Program-made: the position numbers and the translations under genes
Notes under the pieces: generated by a model
The model's input: the letters and a program-made list of their open reading frames with translations, nothing else
Told to the model about the DNA's origin: nothing
The model's database searches: none
Assembly: GCA_963629425.1 (NCBI GenBank)
Contig: CAVGIU010000002.1
Span: forward strand, 112 to 64,111
Source of the DNA: Oscillospiraceae bacterium
GTDB taxonomy: Bacteria > Bacillota > Clostridia > Oscillospirales > Oscillospiraceae
Reading direction: 5' to 3'
DNA length: 64,000 nt
Part shown: positions 39,005-51,262 of the stretch, piece after piece
Numbering within the stretch: position 1 is the first letter of the stretch
How the letters are laid out: each line of letters opens with the position of its first letter

Positions 39005-39433
39005 ATGAAAAAATTCGCAGCGCTTATACTTGTCGCAGTATGTATTCTCTCTCTAGCCTCATGCTCGGCAAAGCGCGAAAAAGAGATATGCATTTGGACG
39101 CATGATCTCAAAGCAGAGGACATCACAAGCGCCTTAGCGTGGAGCTGGGATGGCGAAGACGATGTCCAAAACTATCTCAGCCAAGATGAAACGGCCGAGC
39201 TTGTTTCCTTGCTCAATAAGCTGACGGACGACAGCTTTACCGAAAACAGCGAATGCGTAGGCGGTACTCCGGAATACGGCATCGTGCTCGAAATTGACGG
39301 AGAGTACTTTTGCATAAACCAGTCTATTGCGCCGCAGGGAGCCTTGGAGACGGAATACGGAGACAAGTTGTGGTGGATAGATAACGATGAGCTCACGGAC
39401 TTCGTCAAAAGCGTGTGTAAGGTTGCAGATTAA
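39005..39433 (+). CDS. Lipoprotein of unknown function
   Basis: 142 aa. Lipobox ILSLASC. Confidence 0.55.
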   Translation: MKKFAALILVAVCILSLASCSAKREKEICIWTHDLKAEDITSALAWSWDGEDDVQNYLSQDETAELVSLLNKLTDDSFTENSECVGGTPEYGIVLEIDGEYFCINQSIAPQGALETEYGDKLWWIDNDELTDFVKSVCKVAD

Positions 39434-39435
39434 TA

Positions 39436-39736
39436 AAAAACTCCCCAAGGCCGGCTGAGACAAGAAAACATACGCCCGAGAAAACGGAGCATGCACGAAT
39501 GTCGTCGTTGCGACGGCTTGGTATACACAAAGTATGCCTTCGCCGCCGCGCCTTGACCTCGCACATGCTCCGTCTTTTCGGGTGCTCGCAGTTTTGAAGC
39601 TGAGATTTTTTGCCCCTGTAAGGATGAGACCGCAGAGCATACTGACGTATTCTCAAGGTTTCAGACGCAGCAGGGGCGTAAAAGATCGCTTCAAAACCGT
39701 GTGTTTTCTTATCTCAGTCGGCCAAGGGCGTTTTTT
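39436..39736 (-). repeat. Repeat family R1, copy B: same arm polarity as copy A (arms 39449-39473 and 39699-39723) but the 225-bp core is inverted
   Basis: Left arm identical to copy A (25/25) and right arm 23/25, both read on the plus strand. The core at 39474-39698 is the reverse complement of 19237-19462 at about 90 percent. The outer stem runs into a T6 tract on both strands. Confidence 0.85.
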
Positions 39737-40106
39737 ATTTCTTCTCCCTCGGCTTAAAGAGCAGGGCGATGATTATTCCGAAGAACACGGCGGCGCATAT
39801 GCCCGCTGCCGCGGCGGTGAAGCCGCCCGTGAACGCGCCGAGAACGCCGCTTTCGGAAACGGCCTTTTCCACGCCCTTTGCAAGCGCCGAGCCGAAGCCC
39901 GTCAGCGGGACGGTCGCTCCCGCGCCCGCCCATTTTGCAAGTGGGGAGTACAGCCCAACGGCCTCAAGAATGAGCCCTGCCACGACGTACACTGTCAATA
40001 TCCGCGCGGGGGTGAGCTTTGTTTTGTCGATGAGCAGCTGACCAATGGCGCACAGAGCGCCGCCCACGGCGAAAACCTTGAGATATTCAATAAGCATGCT
40101 TTTCAC
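39735..40106 (-). CDS. spoVAE: Stage V sporulation protein AE (SpoVAEB-type)
   Basis: 123 aa. FAVGGALCAIGQLLID ... GAGATVPLTGFG. Confidence 0.88.
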   Translation of the reverse strand: MKSMLIEYLKVFAVGGALCAIGQLLIDKTKLTPARILTVYVVAGLILEAVGLYSPLAKWAGAGATVPLTGFGSALAKGVEKAVSESGVLGAFTGGFTAAAAGICAAVFFGIIIALLFKPREKK

Positions 40107-40107
40107 C

Positions 40108-41163
40108 TCAGTCCGGCAGAGACTTTTCTATAGCGAGCGCGTGGCATATGCCGGGGATGCTGCTGCCCTGCTGCGTGCTTGTCGGCGACATGAGCGCACC
40201 TGTCGGCACAAACAGAACCTTCTCCCACTTGCCCTCGGAAAAGCCGCGCATTATAAGCGAGCAGAACACCGCTGCCGAGCAGCCGCAGCCAGAGCCGCCC
40301 GCGTGAACGTCCTGCCGCTCGCGGTCGAATATTAAAACGCCGCAGTCGGTGTAAAATTTCCCGAGCTTCACGCCGTCGCGGCGGAAAAGCTCCTCGAGCG
40401 TGTCGTGGCCGATAGCGCCGAGGTCGCCCGTGACTATCATGTCGTAATAGTCCGGCTCTCTGCCTGTGTCGGCAAAATGCGCCTTGAGCGTCTCGTACGC
40501 TGCCGGAGCCATGGCGCTTCCCATGTTGTTTGCGTCCGTTATCCCGGCATCGACTATCCTGCCGGGCGTGAGATATGTTACATACGGCCCCTTGCCATCA
40601 CACTGCAATATGGCTGCCCCCGAGCCCGTAACCGTCCACTGCGCGGTCGGCGTGCGCTGACCGCCGTATTCAAGCGGAAAGCGGTACTGCCGCTCTGAGG
40701 AGCAGAAGTGTGAGCTTGTGACGGCGCACACGCGCTCGGCAAAGCCGCCGTCGATGGCCATCGTGCCGAGGGTCATTGCCTCGCCCATCGTCGAGCACGC
40801 GCCGTACAGCCCGAAGTGCCGCACACCGGTGTTTTTAAGCGCAAACGCAGAGCCCACGCACTGGTTTAAAAGATCGCCGGAGAATATCATATCCAGCTCC
40901 CTCGGCGGGATGCCGAGCTTATCACAGCACAGCTCAAAGCACTCCTTGAGCAAAGAACTCTCTGCCTTTTCCCATGATTTTTCGCCGAAATACGCGTCAA
41001 GGCATATCTTATCGAAGCAGTGTCCTATCGGCCCCTCGCCTTCCTTCTGCCCGACAACGGAGGCAAAGGAAACGATGGACGGCGGCCTTTCGGGGCGAAT
41101 GGTCTGCTGACCGATCATTTTGTTCATGTTGATCACCGCAGGTATTTTGCCCGAAATGAGCAT
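40108..41163 (-). CDS. spoVAD: Stage V sporulation protein AD (thiolase-fold DPA-binding subunit)
   Basis: 351 aa. SFASVVGQKEGEGP and LYGACSTMGEAM. The start is uncertain; ATG 41127 or 41118 are alternatives. Confidence 0.9.
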   Translation of the reverse strand: MLISGKIPAVINMNKMIGQQTIRPERPPSIVSFASVVGQKEGEGPIGHCFDKICLDAYFGEKSWEKAESSLLKECFELCCDKLGIPPRELDMIFSGDLLNQCVGSAFALKNTGVRHFGLYGACSTMGEAMTLGTMAIDGGFAERVCAVTSSHFCSSERQYRFPLEYGGQRTPTAQWTVTGSGAAILQCDGKGPYVTYLTPGRIVDAGITDANNMGSAMAPAAYETLKAHFADTGREPDYYDMIVTGDLGAIGHDTLEELFRRDGVKLGKFYTDCGVLIFDRERQDVHAGGSGCGCSAAVFCSLIMRGFSEGKWEKVLFVPTGALMSPTSTQQGSSIPGICHALAIEKSLPD

Positions 41164-41211
41164 GAAAATACGGCCGGATCGTTTCCGATTCAGCCGTTTT
41201 AAAATTAATGT

Positions 41212-42093
41212 TCAGAAAATGTCCTCGTTGACCTTCGTGGGGGGAACCTCGAGCACCGAGGGATCCTGGATGATGCGGTTTATGATCTTGAACACGCTTG
41301 CGTAGTAGTGACCGTCGACCGTGCGCTCATCGAGAACGAACTTGCCGTCAACGTACTTGCGGTCTACAACGTTGCCATGGCGGTCGAGCTCATAAACATG
41401 GCGCTTTGCGCCGAAGGATACGAACACCGGCAGTGTGCCGAAGTTGTAGATGTGATGGTAAATCGGGCCGATGCCGAGCGAGCCGAGGTCTGTGATGATC
41501 ATCGAGCCGTGGAAGGGACTTACGTCAAGAAGCTTTTTCGGCAGCAGACCGAAATAATCGGCAACGCGCAGAAGCCAGATGGCAAAGCTTATCACAAAGC
41601 GCGGCAGGGAAGCAAACTTGTTTGCAAATTCCTCCGTGCCGTTTTCCTCATCGGAGTTCTTTATCTCATCGATGGCCGCATTCATGCGGTTATAAACATC
41701 ATAGATCGTATCGGTGGGCTTAAATACGACCTTGATCGTCGTCTCGGACGAATCAATGCTGAGATTGCGCTTTACGGCCATGACGACCTCAATATCCTCG
41801 CGGGCATAAAGGCGCTTGCCGACGCAGAAGCGGTTGAGTCCGGGCAGATAGGCGCAGGCGCGAACATAGGCCGCGATGAGCAGGTGCAGCATGCCCATGC
41901 CCTTATATCCCGCGACGCGCTGCTTTCTGAACCAGCGGTCGGCGTTTGTTATTTCAAACGATTCCTCATAGTAGTTGAGCGCATCGTTTCTCTTCGGCAT
42001 TATGAACGGAATGAAGTTATAAAATCCGTTTAATGAGCGCAGTCGTCTGCCGTCGACACGGTCTCCGGCGCGTCTTTTATAATTATTAGCCAT
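41212..42093 (-). CDS. Stand-alone acyltransferase domain of the 2-oxoacid dehydrogenase E2 / CAT superfamily
   Basis: About 293 aa from MANNYKRRAG, behind the aaggagg RBS. LPGLNRF and the C-terminal LDERTVDGHYYA resemble the P.lN and DHRxxDG blocks of E2 catalytic domains. No lipoyl or E3-binding domains. Confidence 0.6.
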   Translation of the reverse strand: MANNYKRRAGDRVDGRRLRSLNGFYNFIPFIMPKRNDALNYYEESFEITNADRWFRKQRVAGYKGMGMLHLLIAAYVRACAYLPGLNRFCVGKRLYAREDIEVVMAVKRNLSIDSSETTIKVVFKPTDTIYDVYNRMNAAIDEIKNSDEENGTEEFANKFASLPRFVISFAIWLLRVADYFGLLPKKLLDVSPFHGSMIITDLGSLGIGPIYHHIYNFGTLPVFVSFGAKRHVYELDRHGNVVDRKYVDGKFVLDERTVDGHYYASVFKIINRIIQDPSVLEVPPTKVNEDIF

Positions 42094-42463
42094 AGGAAGC
42101 CTCCTTGATGCTATACAAATTTGCGATAAACGTACCAAATAATTATACATTGGAATATCACATTTGGCAAGGGAAAAACGGATTCTTTACGCTTTTTTGA
42201 CCTAAGCTGACACAAAGGTGTGCTCTGTTCTCCCATTATGAAAAAAAGTAATGAGGATAGCCGTAAAAAAGAATTGCAATTTGAAGGACTATCGCTTAGT
42301 ATGTTAATTAACAAACAAATTCGCCGGAGCATGCGTCTGTTTTTTTGCCCTGCCGTATCGGGAGGGCTGTGGTGCAGAGAATGTTGGGGGATGTATAGAA
42401 CAATAATTTAACGATTTAAATTGCCTGAATGTTGACAATGAAAATGCACAAAATTCGTTGAAA

Positions 42464-42492
42464 TTGCGAAGATTTTTTGTTATTCTTAACAT
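42464..42492 (+). promoter_or_regulatory. Candidate promoter of the V-ATPase operon (TTGCGA-17-TAACAT), bracketed by an 11-bp inverted repeat
   Basis: TTGCGA at 42464-42469 and TAACAT at 42487-42492. The inverted repeat TGACAATGAAA (42433-42443) / TTTCATTGTCA (42502-42512) flanks it. Confidence 0.3.
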
Positions 42493-42565
42493 ATGAAAAA
42501 GTTTCATTGTCACAAAGCTGAATGTTGCAATTGTACATAAAGAATTAATGAAGGGAGGAGAGCTG

Positions 42566-42879
42566 ATGGCATTTGATGAAATTGCCGGAATAAGCGCGGC
42601 AGAAGAGAGCGTGCGGCTTGATATTGCCGAGGCGCAGGCGGAAGCCAAGAGAATAGTCGCACAGGCGGAGCTTGCCGGTAAGGCGGACATCGACGAGGCG
42701 CGCCGGAAGGCGGCCGGTGAGCTTGCCCGGCGCAAGGCAGAGGCAAGCAGTGCGGCGAAGAAGGAAGCACACGAGATATATCTGAAGGCTGAGAACAGGA
42801 AAGCGGTGCTCCGAGCTAAAGCCGAAAGCCGCCGTGAAAAAGCGGCAAAACTTATCGCGGAAAGGATCGTGAACGGGTA

Positions 42880-42880
<1 letters not shown>
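42566..42880 (+). CDS. V-type ATPase peripheral-stalk subunit (G/H-like; NtpF position)
   Basis: 104 aa from MAFDEIAG, behind gggaggag. Ala/Glu/Lys-rich coiled coil. First gene of the operon. Confidence 0.6.
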
Positions 42881-45331
<2,451 letters not shown>

Positions 45332-45369
45332 TACGACGGTGAAATTTAACGTAAAGGCAGGGCTTTACC

Positions 45370-45969
45370 ATGAAAGGCACTGAAAAAATAATCGCACATA
45401 TCCGGGCCGACGGCGACGCGGAGGCAAAAAGAATAATCGATGCCGCGTCAAAGCGGGCCGAAGAGATCCGCGCTGAGAGCTTCAAGGAAGCGCTCAGCGA
45501 GTATGAAAAGCTCATGCAGACGGGAAATACCGAATGCGAGGATATCCTCAGCGGCAGCCGCCGCATTGCGGAGATGGAGGCAAAAAAGAGCGTCCTTTCC
45601 GTAAAGCAGGAGATGGTAGCCTCGGCTTTCGACGCCGCGCGTGAGGAGATAGTCAATATGCCGCGCGATGAATATGCGCAGTTTCTCGCGCGCATGGCGG
45701 CCGACGCGGCCACAATCGGCGAGGAGGAAATGCTCCTGAACGAAGCCGATAAAAAAGCGCTCGGCAAGGCCGTCTGCAAGGCGGCAAACGAGCTGCTTTC
45801 GGCAAAGGGCGTGCCAGGCAGGCTCACATTGAGCGAGGACACGGCCGATATCTCCGGCGGCGTTATCGTCCGCTTCGGCGGCATTGAGACAAATTGCAGC
45901 ATCGACGCACTCATTCGTCAGCGCCGCAGCGGCCTTTCGACCGAAGTTGCGGCAGTGCTGTTTGAATGA
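45370..45969 (+). CDS. ntpE: V-type ATPase subunit E
   Basis: 199 aa. N-terminal long helix and C-terminal globular domain ending GGVIVRFGGIETNCSIDAL. Confidence 0.85.
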   Translation: MKGTEKIIAHIRADGDAEAKRIIDAASKRAEEIRAESFKEALSEYEKLMQTGNTECEDILSGSRRIAEMEAKKSVLSVKQEMVASAFDAAREEIVNMPRDEYAQFLARMAADAATIGEEEMLLNEADKKALGKAVCKAANELLSAKGVPGRLTLSEDTADISGGVIVRFGGIETNCSIDALIRQRRSGLSTEVAAVLFE

Positions 45970-46008
45970 CGCTCCGGTACTGCATATCCCGAAAAGGGAG
46001 GGAATGAA

Positions 46009-47013
46009 TTGTCAAATAAAAAGTGCGTCAGAGAAAAATATCTGTATCTTTCCGCGATGCTCAGAGCCAGAGAAGCAAAAATGCTCACCCGCGACAGGGC
46101 AGAGCGCATGATAGACGCGCCAACCTTCGACGAGGCGGCGAAGATGCTCACTGACTGCGGCTATAAGGACATGTCGGGCTTTTCGGCAAAGCAGGTCGAG
46201 CAGACTCTCGCCGAGCACAGAGCCGGTATATTCGCAGAGCTTGCGCGAATGTCACCGGATGCGGAGCCGGTCGAGATCTTCCGTATGCGCTATGATTACC
46301 ACAACGCAAAGATCGTCATAAAGACAGAGGCCGTCGGGCATGACCGCTCAGACCTCATGAGCGATTCCGGCAGAGTGAGCCCCGAAGTCTTAAAGCGCAG
46401 CTTTGCGGAGGAAAAATACCTGAGCCTGCCGCCTGTTTTGGCCGACGCGATGGTCGAGGCAAAAAGCGCTTTGGCAAGATCGCAGAATCCGCAGCTTGCC
46501 GATTTCATACTTGACAGGGCGTATTTTGAAGAGCTCCTCGCGGCATCGCAAAAGCTCGGCAGCGCGTTCCTGCGCGGCTATGCGCAGACGATGATAGACG
46601 CGGCCAACCTCAGAAGTGCTGTGCGCACCATGCGCATGAATAAGGACGCGGAGTTTCTCAAAACGGCGCTCGTTTCGGGCGGCGGCATCGACACCGGACG
46701 CATACTCGCGGCCTTCGGCTCGGGCGACACGCTTGCGGCGATATACGCAAACACGCTGCTTTCAAATGCGGCAAGCCTCGGAGCGGCGGCCGTAAAGGGC
46801 GGTGCGCTTACCGAATTTGAGCTTGCCTGCGACAACGCCATCACGTCCTATCTCACGGGAGCAAGGCTCGTTGCCTACGGCGAAGCGCCAGTCATAGCGT
46901 ATCTTGCCGCTGTCGAGGGTGAAGTGACCGCGCTGAGAATGATACTCACCGGGCTTTTGGCCGGACTTCCGGCCGATACCATACGGGAAAGGCTGCGTGA
47001 TCTTTATGCTTAA
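46009..47013 (+). CDS. ntpC: V-type ATPase subunit C (d)
   Basis: 334 aa, apparent TTG start. YLYLSAMLRAREAKML and repeated helical domains. Confidence 0.85.
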   Translation: MSNKKCVREKYLYLSAMLRAREAKMLTRDRAERMIDAPTFDEAAKMLTDCGYKDMSGFSAKQVEQTLAEHRAGIFAELARMSPDAEPVEIFRMRYDYHNAKIVIKTEAVGHDRSDLMSDSGRVSPEVLKRSFAEEKYLSLPPVLADAMVEAKSALARSQNPQLADFILDRAYFEELLAASQKLGSAFLRGYAQTMIDAANLRSAVRTMRMNKDAEFLKTALVSGGGIDTGRILAAFGSGDTLAAIYANTLLSNAASLGAAAVKGGALTEFELACDNAITSYLTGARLVAYGEAPVIAYLAAVEGEVTALRMILTGLLAGLPADTIRERLRDLYA

Positions 47014-47329
47014 AATTGCAGTTATAGGACGGCGCGAGACGGTTATGGGCTTTACTGCGCTGGGACTTGAGGCATATCCGGTAGCAGACGGCTCTGAAGC
47101 AAAGGCGATACTCCGCACGCTCACCCACGACAGGGAGGACGTTGCGATAATCTACGTCGAGGAGGATATCGCCCTTGCGCTTCAAAGTCAGATAGATAAA
47201 TTCAAGGACAGTCCGAAGCCGGCGATAATCCTTATCCCCGGCAGAGAGGGCAGTCTCGGCATGGGGCTTTCGGCTCTCAATGCCGCGGTAGAGCGTGCCA
47301 TCGGCACGAACATCCTCGAGAATAATTAA
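46997..47329 (+). CDS. ntpG: V-type ATPase subunit F (NtpG position)
   Basis: 110 aa. [20 protein letters not shown]. Overlaps the end of ntpC. Confidence 0.85.
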   Translation: MIFMLKIAVIGRRETVMGFTALGLEAYPVADGSEAKAILRTLTHDREDVAIIYVEEDIALALQSQIDKFKDSPKPAIILIPGREGSLGMGLSALNAAVERAIGTNILENN

Positions 47330-47346
47330 GAAAGAAAGGTATCTGT

Positions 47347-49116
47347 ATGAGCGGAACTATAATAAAGGTCTCAGGACCGCTTGTAGTCGCAGAGGGCCTC
47401 GGCGACGCGAACGTTTCCGATGTTGTGCGCGTAGGTCCCGACAGACTTATAGGCGAGATACTTAACATGACGGGGGACAGCGCCTCGATACAGGTCTATG
47501 AGGAGACCTCGGGTCTCGGACCCGGCGCTGAGGTCGAAAGCTCCGGCATGCCGATGTCCGTAGAGCTCGGACCGGGCATGCTGGAGAATATATACGACGG
47601 CATACAGCGCCCCCTGCCGGAGATACGCGAGCTTACCGGCGCTACAATAAGCCGCGGCACCGACGTTCCGGCGCTAAACCGTACAAAAAAGTGGACGTTC
47701 GTCCCCGTCGCGCGCGAGGGCGATGAGCTCACCGGCGGCGACGTTATCGGCACCGTTCAGGAGACAAGCGCGATACTGCACAAGATCATGGTGCCGCCAA
47801 CTCTGAGCGGCAGACTTATCAGCATAAAAGGCGGCGACTTCACCGTAACGGAGACCGTTGCTGTACTGGAGGATAAAAAGGGCGAAAAGCACGAGCTTAC
47901 GATGATGCAGAAGTGGCCTGTCCGCATAAGCCGCCCCTATGCCGCGAAAAGCATGCCCACGCGCCCGATGAACTCCGGACAGAGAATAATCGACACGCTG
48001 TTTCCCCTCGCAAAGGGCGGCACGGCGGCAGTCCCCGGCCCATTCGGTTCGGGTAAGACCGTGGTTCAGCACCAGCTTGCGAAATGGTCTGATGTCGACA
48101 TAGTCATCTACATCGGCTGCGGCGAGCGCGGCAATGAGATGACCGACGTTCTCATGGAGTTCCCCGAGCTCACCGACCCCCGAAACGGCGAGCCTCTGAT
48201 GAAAAGAACGGTGCTTATAGCCAATACCTCCGATATGCCCGTCGCGGCGCGCGAGGCGTCTATCTACACCGGAATCACCATCGCAGAGTACTTCCGCGAT
48301 ATGGGCTACGACGTCGCCGTTCTGGCAGACTCCACCTCCCGCTGGGCCGAGGCTCTGCGTGAGATGTCCGGCCGACTTGAGGAGATGCCCGGCGAAGAAG
48401 GCTACCCGGCATACCTCGCCTCGCGTATTGCGCAGTTTTACGAGCGCGCGGGCGTTGTCGAATGTCTCGGATCGGATGAAAGACGAGGCTCGGTCACCGC
48501 AATCGGCGCAGTTTCACCTCCGGGCGGCGATATCTCCGAGCCCGTATCGCAGGCTACGATGCGCATCGTCAAGGTCTTCTGGGCGCTCGACTCCTCGCTT
48601 GCTTACGCGCGCCACTTCCCGGCGATAAACTGGCTGACCTCGTATTCGCTGTATGTCGACACGCTGGCAAAATGGTATAACGAGCAGTTCGGCCCCGAGT
48701 ATATGGCAAACCGCGATAAGGCGATGCACATACTTCAGGAGGAAAACGAGCTTCAGGAGATCGTCCGCCTCGTCGGCCAGGATGCTCTGAGCCCCGCCGA
48801 CCGCCTGACCATGGAAACGGCAAAAATGCTGCGTGAGGACTTTTTGCAGCAGAATGCCTTCGTCGATGAGGATGCGTATTCATCCTACGATAAGCAGTTT
48901 GAGCTAATGCGCATTATCCTCACATTTGACGCTCTCGGGCGTGACGCGCTCGGCAAGGGCGCGGATATGAAGGCGTTGTTCTCAATCGGCGCGAAGGAGC
49001 GCATAGGCCGCGCGAAGATGGCATCTCCCGACAGTTATAAGCAGGAGTACGCTTCCATTCTTGAGCAGATGAAAACGGAAATCGATGCGGTCATCGCAGG
49101 AGGTGAGGACGCATGA
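47347..49116 (+). CDS. ntpA: V-type ATPase catalytic subunit A
   Basis: 589 aa. Walker [10 protein letters not shown] and the non-homologous insert typical of A subunits. Confidence 0.96.
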   Translation: MSGTIIKVSGPLVVAEGLGDANVSDVVRVGPDRLIGEILNMTGDSASIQVYEETSGLGPGAEVESSGMPMSVELGPGMLENIYDGIQRPLPEIRELTGATISRGTDVPALNRTKKWTFVPVAREGDELTGGDVIGTVQETSAILHKIMVPPTLSGRLISIKGGDFTVTETVAVLEDKKGEKHELTMMQKWPVRISRPYAAKSMPTRPMNSGQRIIDTLFPLAKGGTAAVPGPFGSGKTVVQHQLAKWSDVDIVIYIGCGERGNEMTDVLMEFPELTDPRNGEPLMKRTVLIANTSDMPVAAREASIYTGITIAEYFRDMGYDVAVLADSTSRWAEALREMSGRLEEMPGEEGYPAYLASRIAQFYERAGVVECLGSDERRGSVTAIGAVSPPGGDISEPVSQATMRIVKVFWALDSSLAYARHFPAINWLTSYSLYVDTLAKWYNEQFGPEYMANRDKAMHILQEENELQEIVRLVGQDALSPADRLTMETAKMLREDFLQQNAFVDEDAYSSYDKQFELMRIILTFDALGRDALGKGADMKALFSIGAKERIGRAKMASPDSYKQEYASILEQMKTEIDAVIAGGEDA

Positions 49117-50480
49117 TTAAAGATTATAAGACCATACGGCAGATAGCAAATCCCCTTATGATCGTCGAGCAGGTCGAGGGCGTTACCTACGACGAGCTGT
49201 GCGAGATCGAGCTCCAAAGCGGCGAGACGCGCCGCGGCAAGGTTCTCGAGGTCGAGGGCGACAGAGCCGTCGTTCAGCTGTTTGACTCCGCACAGGGCAT
49301 AAACCTTGCGCAGACGAAGGTCAGATTTCTCGGTCATCCGCTGGAGCTGGCCGTTTCCGAAGATATGCTCGGCCGCGTATTTAACGGCATGGGTCAGCCC
49401 ATCGACGGCGGCCCCGAGCTTTTGGCTGACGCTTACCGCGACATTAACGGCATGCCCATGAATCCGGCTGCCCGCGCGTACCCTGCGGAGTTTATCCAGA
49501 CCGGCGTTTCCACCATCGACGGACTGAACACCCTCGTCCGCGGACAGAAGCTGCCCATATTCTCGGCCTCCGGCCTTCCGCATGCGGCGCTTGCGGCGCA
49601 GATAGCGCGTCAGGCGCGAGTTCTCGGCGACGGAGAGAATTTCGCGGTCGTGTTTGCCGCGGTCGGCATCACGTTCGAGGAGTCCGAATATTTCATCGAG
49701 GACTTCAAGCGCACCGGCGCTATTGACAGAACGGTCATATTTTCAAACCTCGCAAACGACCCCGCGGTCGAGCGTATCGCAACTCCGCGCATGGCGCTGA
49801 CGGCGGCGGAGTACCTTGCGTTTGAAAAAGATATGCATGTTCTCGTTATCATAACCGATATCACGAACTATGCGGAAGCGCTGCGCGAGGTCTCGGCGGC
49901 GAAGAAGGAAGTCCCCGGCCGCCGCGGCTATCCCGGCTATCTGTACACCGACCTTGCAACGATGTACGAGCGCGCCGGCCGCCGTATAGGCAGCAAGGGC
50001 TCAATCACCATGATCCCCATCCTGACTATGCCCGAGGACGACAAGACCCACCCGATCCCCGACCTCACGGGCTACATCACCGAGGGTCAGATTATCCTCA
50101 GCCGCGATCTGCACCGTAAGGGCATCGTGCCGCCCGTCGACGTTCTCCCGTCGCTGAGCCGACTGAAGGATAAGGGCATCGGCGAGGGCAAGACCCGCGA
50201 GGATCACGCCGGTACCATGAATCAGCTGTTTGCGGCCTATTCCCGCGGCAAGGACGCAAAGGAACTCATGACCATCCTCGGCGAGGCCGCGCTTTCCGAC
50301 GACGATAAGCTGTTTGCCGAGTTTGCCGATGAGTTTGAGAAAACCTACGTCAATCAGGGCAACAACACAAACCGCAGCATTGAAGAGACCCTCGACCTCG
50401 GCTGGAAGCTGCTGAGCATCCTGCCCAGAGCAGAGCTCAAGCGCGTAAAGCCCGAGATGATCGAAAAATACATGAAGTAA
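49113..50480 (+). CDS. ntpB: V-type ATPase subunit B
   Basis: 455 aa. [20 protein letters not shown]. Confidence 0.96.
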   Translation: MIKDYKTIRQIANPLMIVEQVEGVTYDELCEIELQSGETRRGKVLEVEGDRAVVQLFDSAQGINLAQTKVRFLGHPLELAVSEDMLGRVFNGMGQPIDGGPELLADAYRDINGMPMNPAARAYPAEFIQTGVSTIDGLNTLVRGQKLPIFSASGLPHAALAAQIARQARVLGDGENFAVVFAAVGITFEESEYFIEDFKRTGAIDRTVIFSNLANDPAVERIATPRMALTAAEYLAFEKDMHVLVIITDITNYAEALREVSAAKKEVPGRRGYPGYLYTDLATMYERAGRRIGSKGSITMIPILTMPEDDKTHPIPDLTGYITEGQIILSRDLHRKGIVPPVDVLPSLSRLKDKGIGEGKTREDHAGTMNQLFAAYSRGKDAKELMTILGEAALSDDDKLFAEFADEFEKTYVNQGNNTNRSIEETLDLGWKLLSILPRAELKRVKPEMIEKYMK

Positions 50481-50492
50481 GGGGGAGTCTTT

Positions 50493-51143
50493 ATGGCAGG
50501 CACCACGATAACCCCTACAAGAATGATGCTTAAGCAGCTCAAGGGCAGACTCAAGACCGCCCGCCGCGGCCATAAGCTTATGAAGGATAAGCGCGATGAG
50601 CTGATGCGTCAGTTCATGGACATCGTGCGCCTTAACAAGCAGCTGCGCGAGCGCGTCGAGCAGGGGCTGACGGAGGCTTTTGCCGCTCTTCAGGTCGCAA
50701 GCGCGATCATGAGCCCCGAGATGCTCGAGCAGGCCTTGCTGTATCCGCGCCAAAGCGTTGAGCTCGACATGGAGTTTAAAAACATCATGAGCGTCAACGT
50801 TCCGCAGTATTCGTTCCATACGCGCAACAACGACCCGTCGGAGATCTACCCCTACGGATTTGCGCAGACCTCGGGCGAATTGGATGACGCACTCGAGCGC
50901 ATGGCGACGGTGTTCGAGGATATGCTTCAATTAGCGCAGGTCGAAAAGACCATGCAGCTGCTGGCAGAGGAGATCGAAAAGACGCGCCGCAGAGTAAACG
51001 CCTTGGAATACGTCATGATCCCGGAGCTTGAGAGCAACATAAAATATATCTCCATGAAGCTTGAGGAAAACGAAAACTCAACAAAGGTACGACTTCTCAA
51101 GGTCAAGGAAATGGTTCTTCAAAACGCGCACGACTTTAAGTAA
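50493..51143 (+). CDS. ntpD: V-type ATPase subunit D
   Basis: 216 aa. PTRMMLKQLKGRLKTARRGHKLMKDKRDEL. Confidence 0.92.
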   Translation: MAGTTITPTRMMLKQLKGRLKTARRGHKLMKDKRDELMRQFMDIVRLNKQLRERVEQGLTEAFAALQVASAIMSPEMLEQALLYPRQSVELDMEFKNIMSVNVPQYSFHTRNNDPSEIYPYGFAQTSGELDDALERMATVFEDMLQLAQVEKTMQLLAEEIEKTRRRVNALEYVMIPELESNIKYISMKLEENENSTKVRLLKVKEMVLQNAHDFK

Positions 51144-51146
51144 AGC

Positions 51147-51181
51147 AAAAATCTCCCGTTTGAAAAAACGGGAGATTTTTT
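51147..51181 (+). terminator. Terminator of the V-ATPase operon
   Basis: AAAATCTCCCGTTtgaaaaAACGGGAGATTTTTT. Confidence 0.85.
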
Positions 51182-51262
51182 ATGTCGGTAATGGACATTT
51201 TTGCGGCGTTGTGGTAATCTCGGCTTTGCGGAGGCAAAAACCCATAGGGAGATGAGATCGGC

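Noticed and set aside
42220-42411. 63-aa ORF, and the antisense 73-aa ORF 42111-42332, in the AT-rich ntp upstream region
   Set aside because: No RBS, AT-rich codon usage unlike every real gene here, and an implausible Cys/Arg-rich product.
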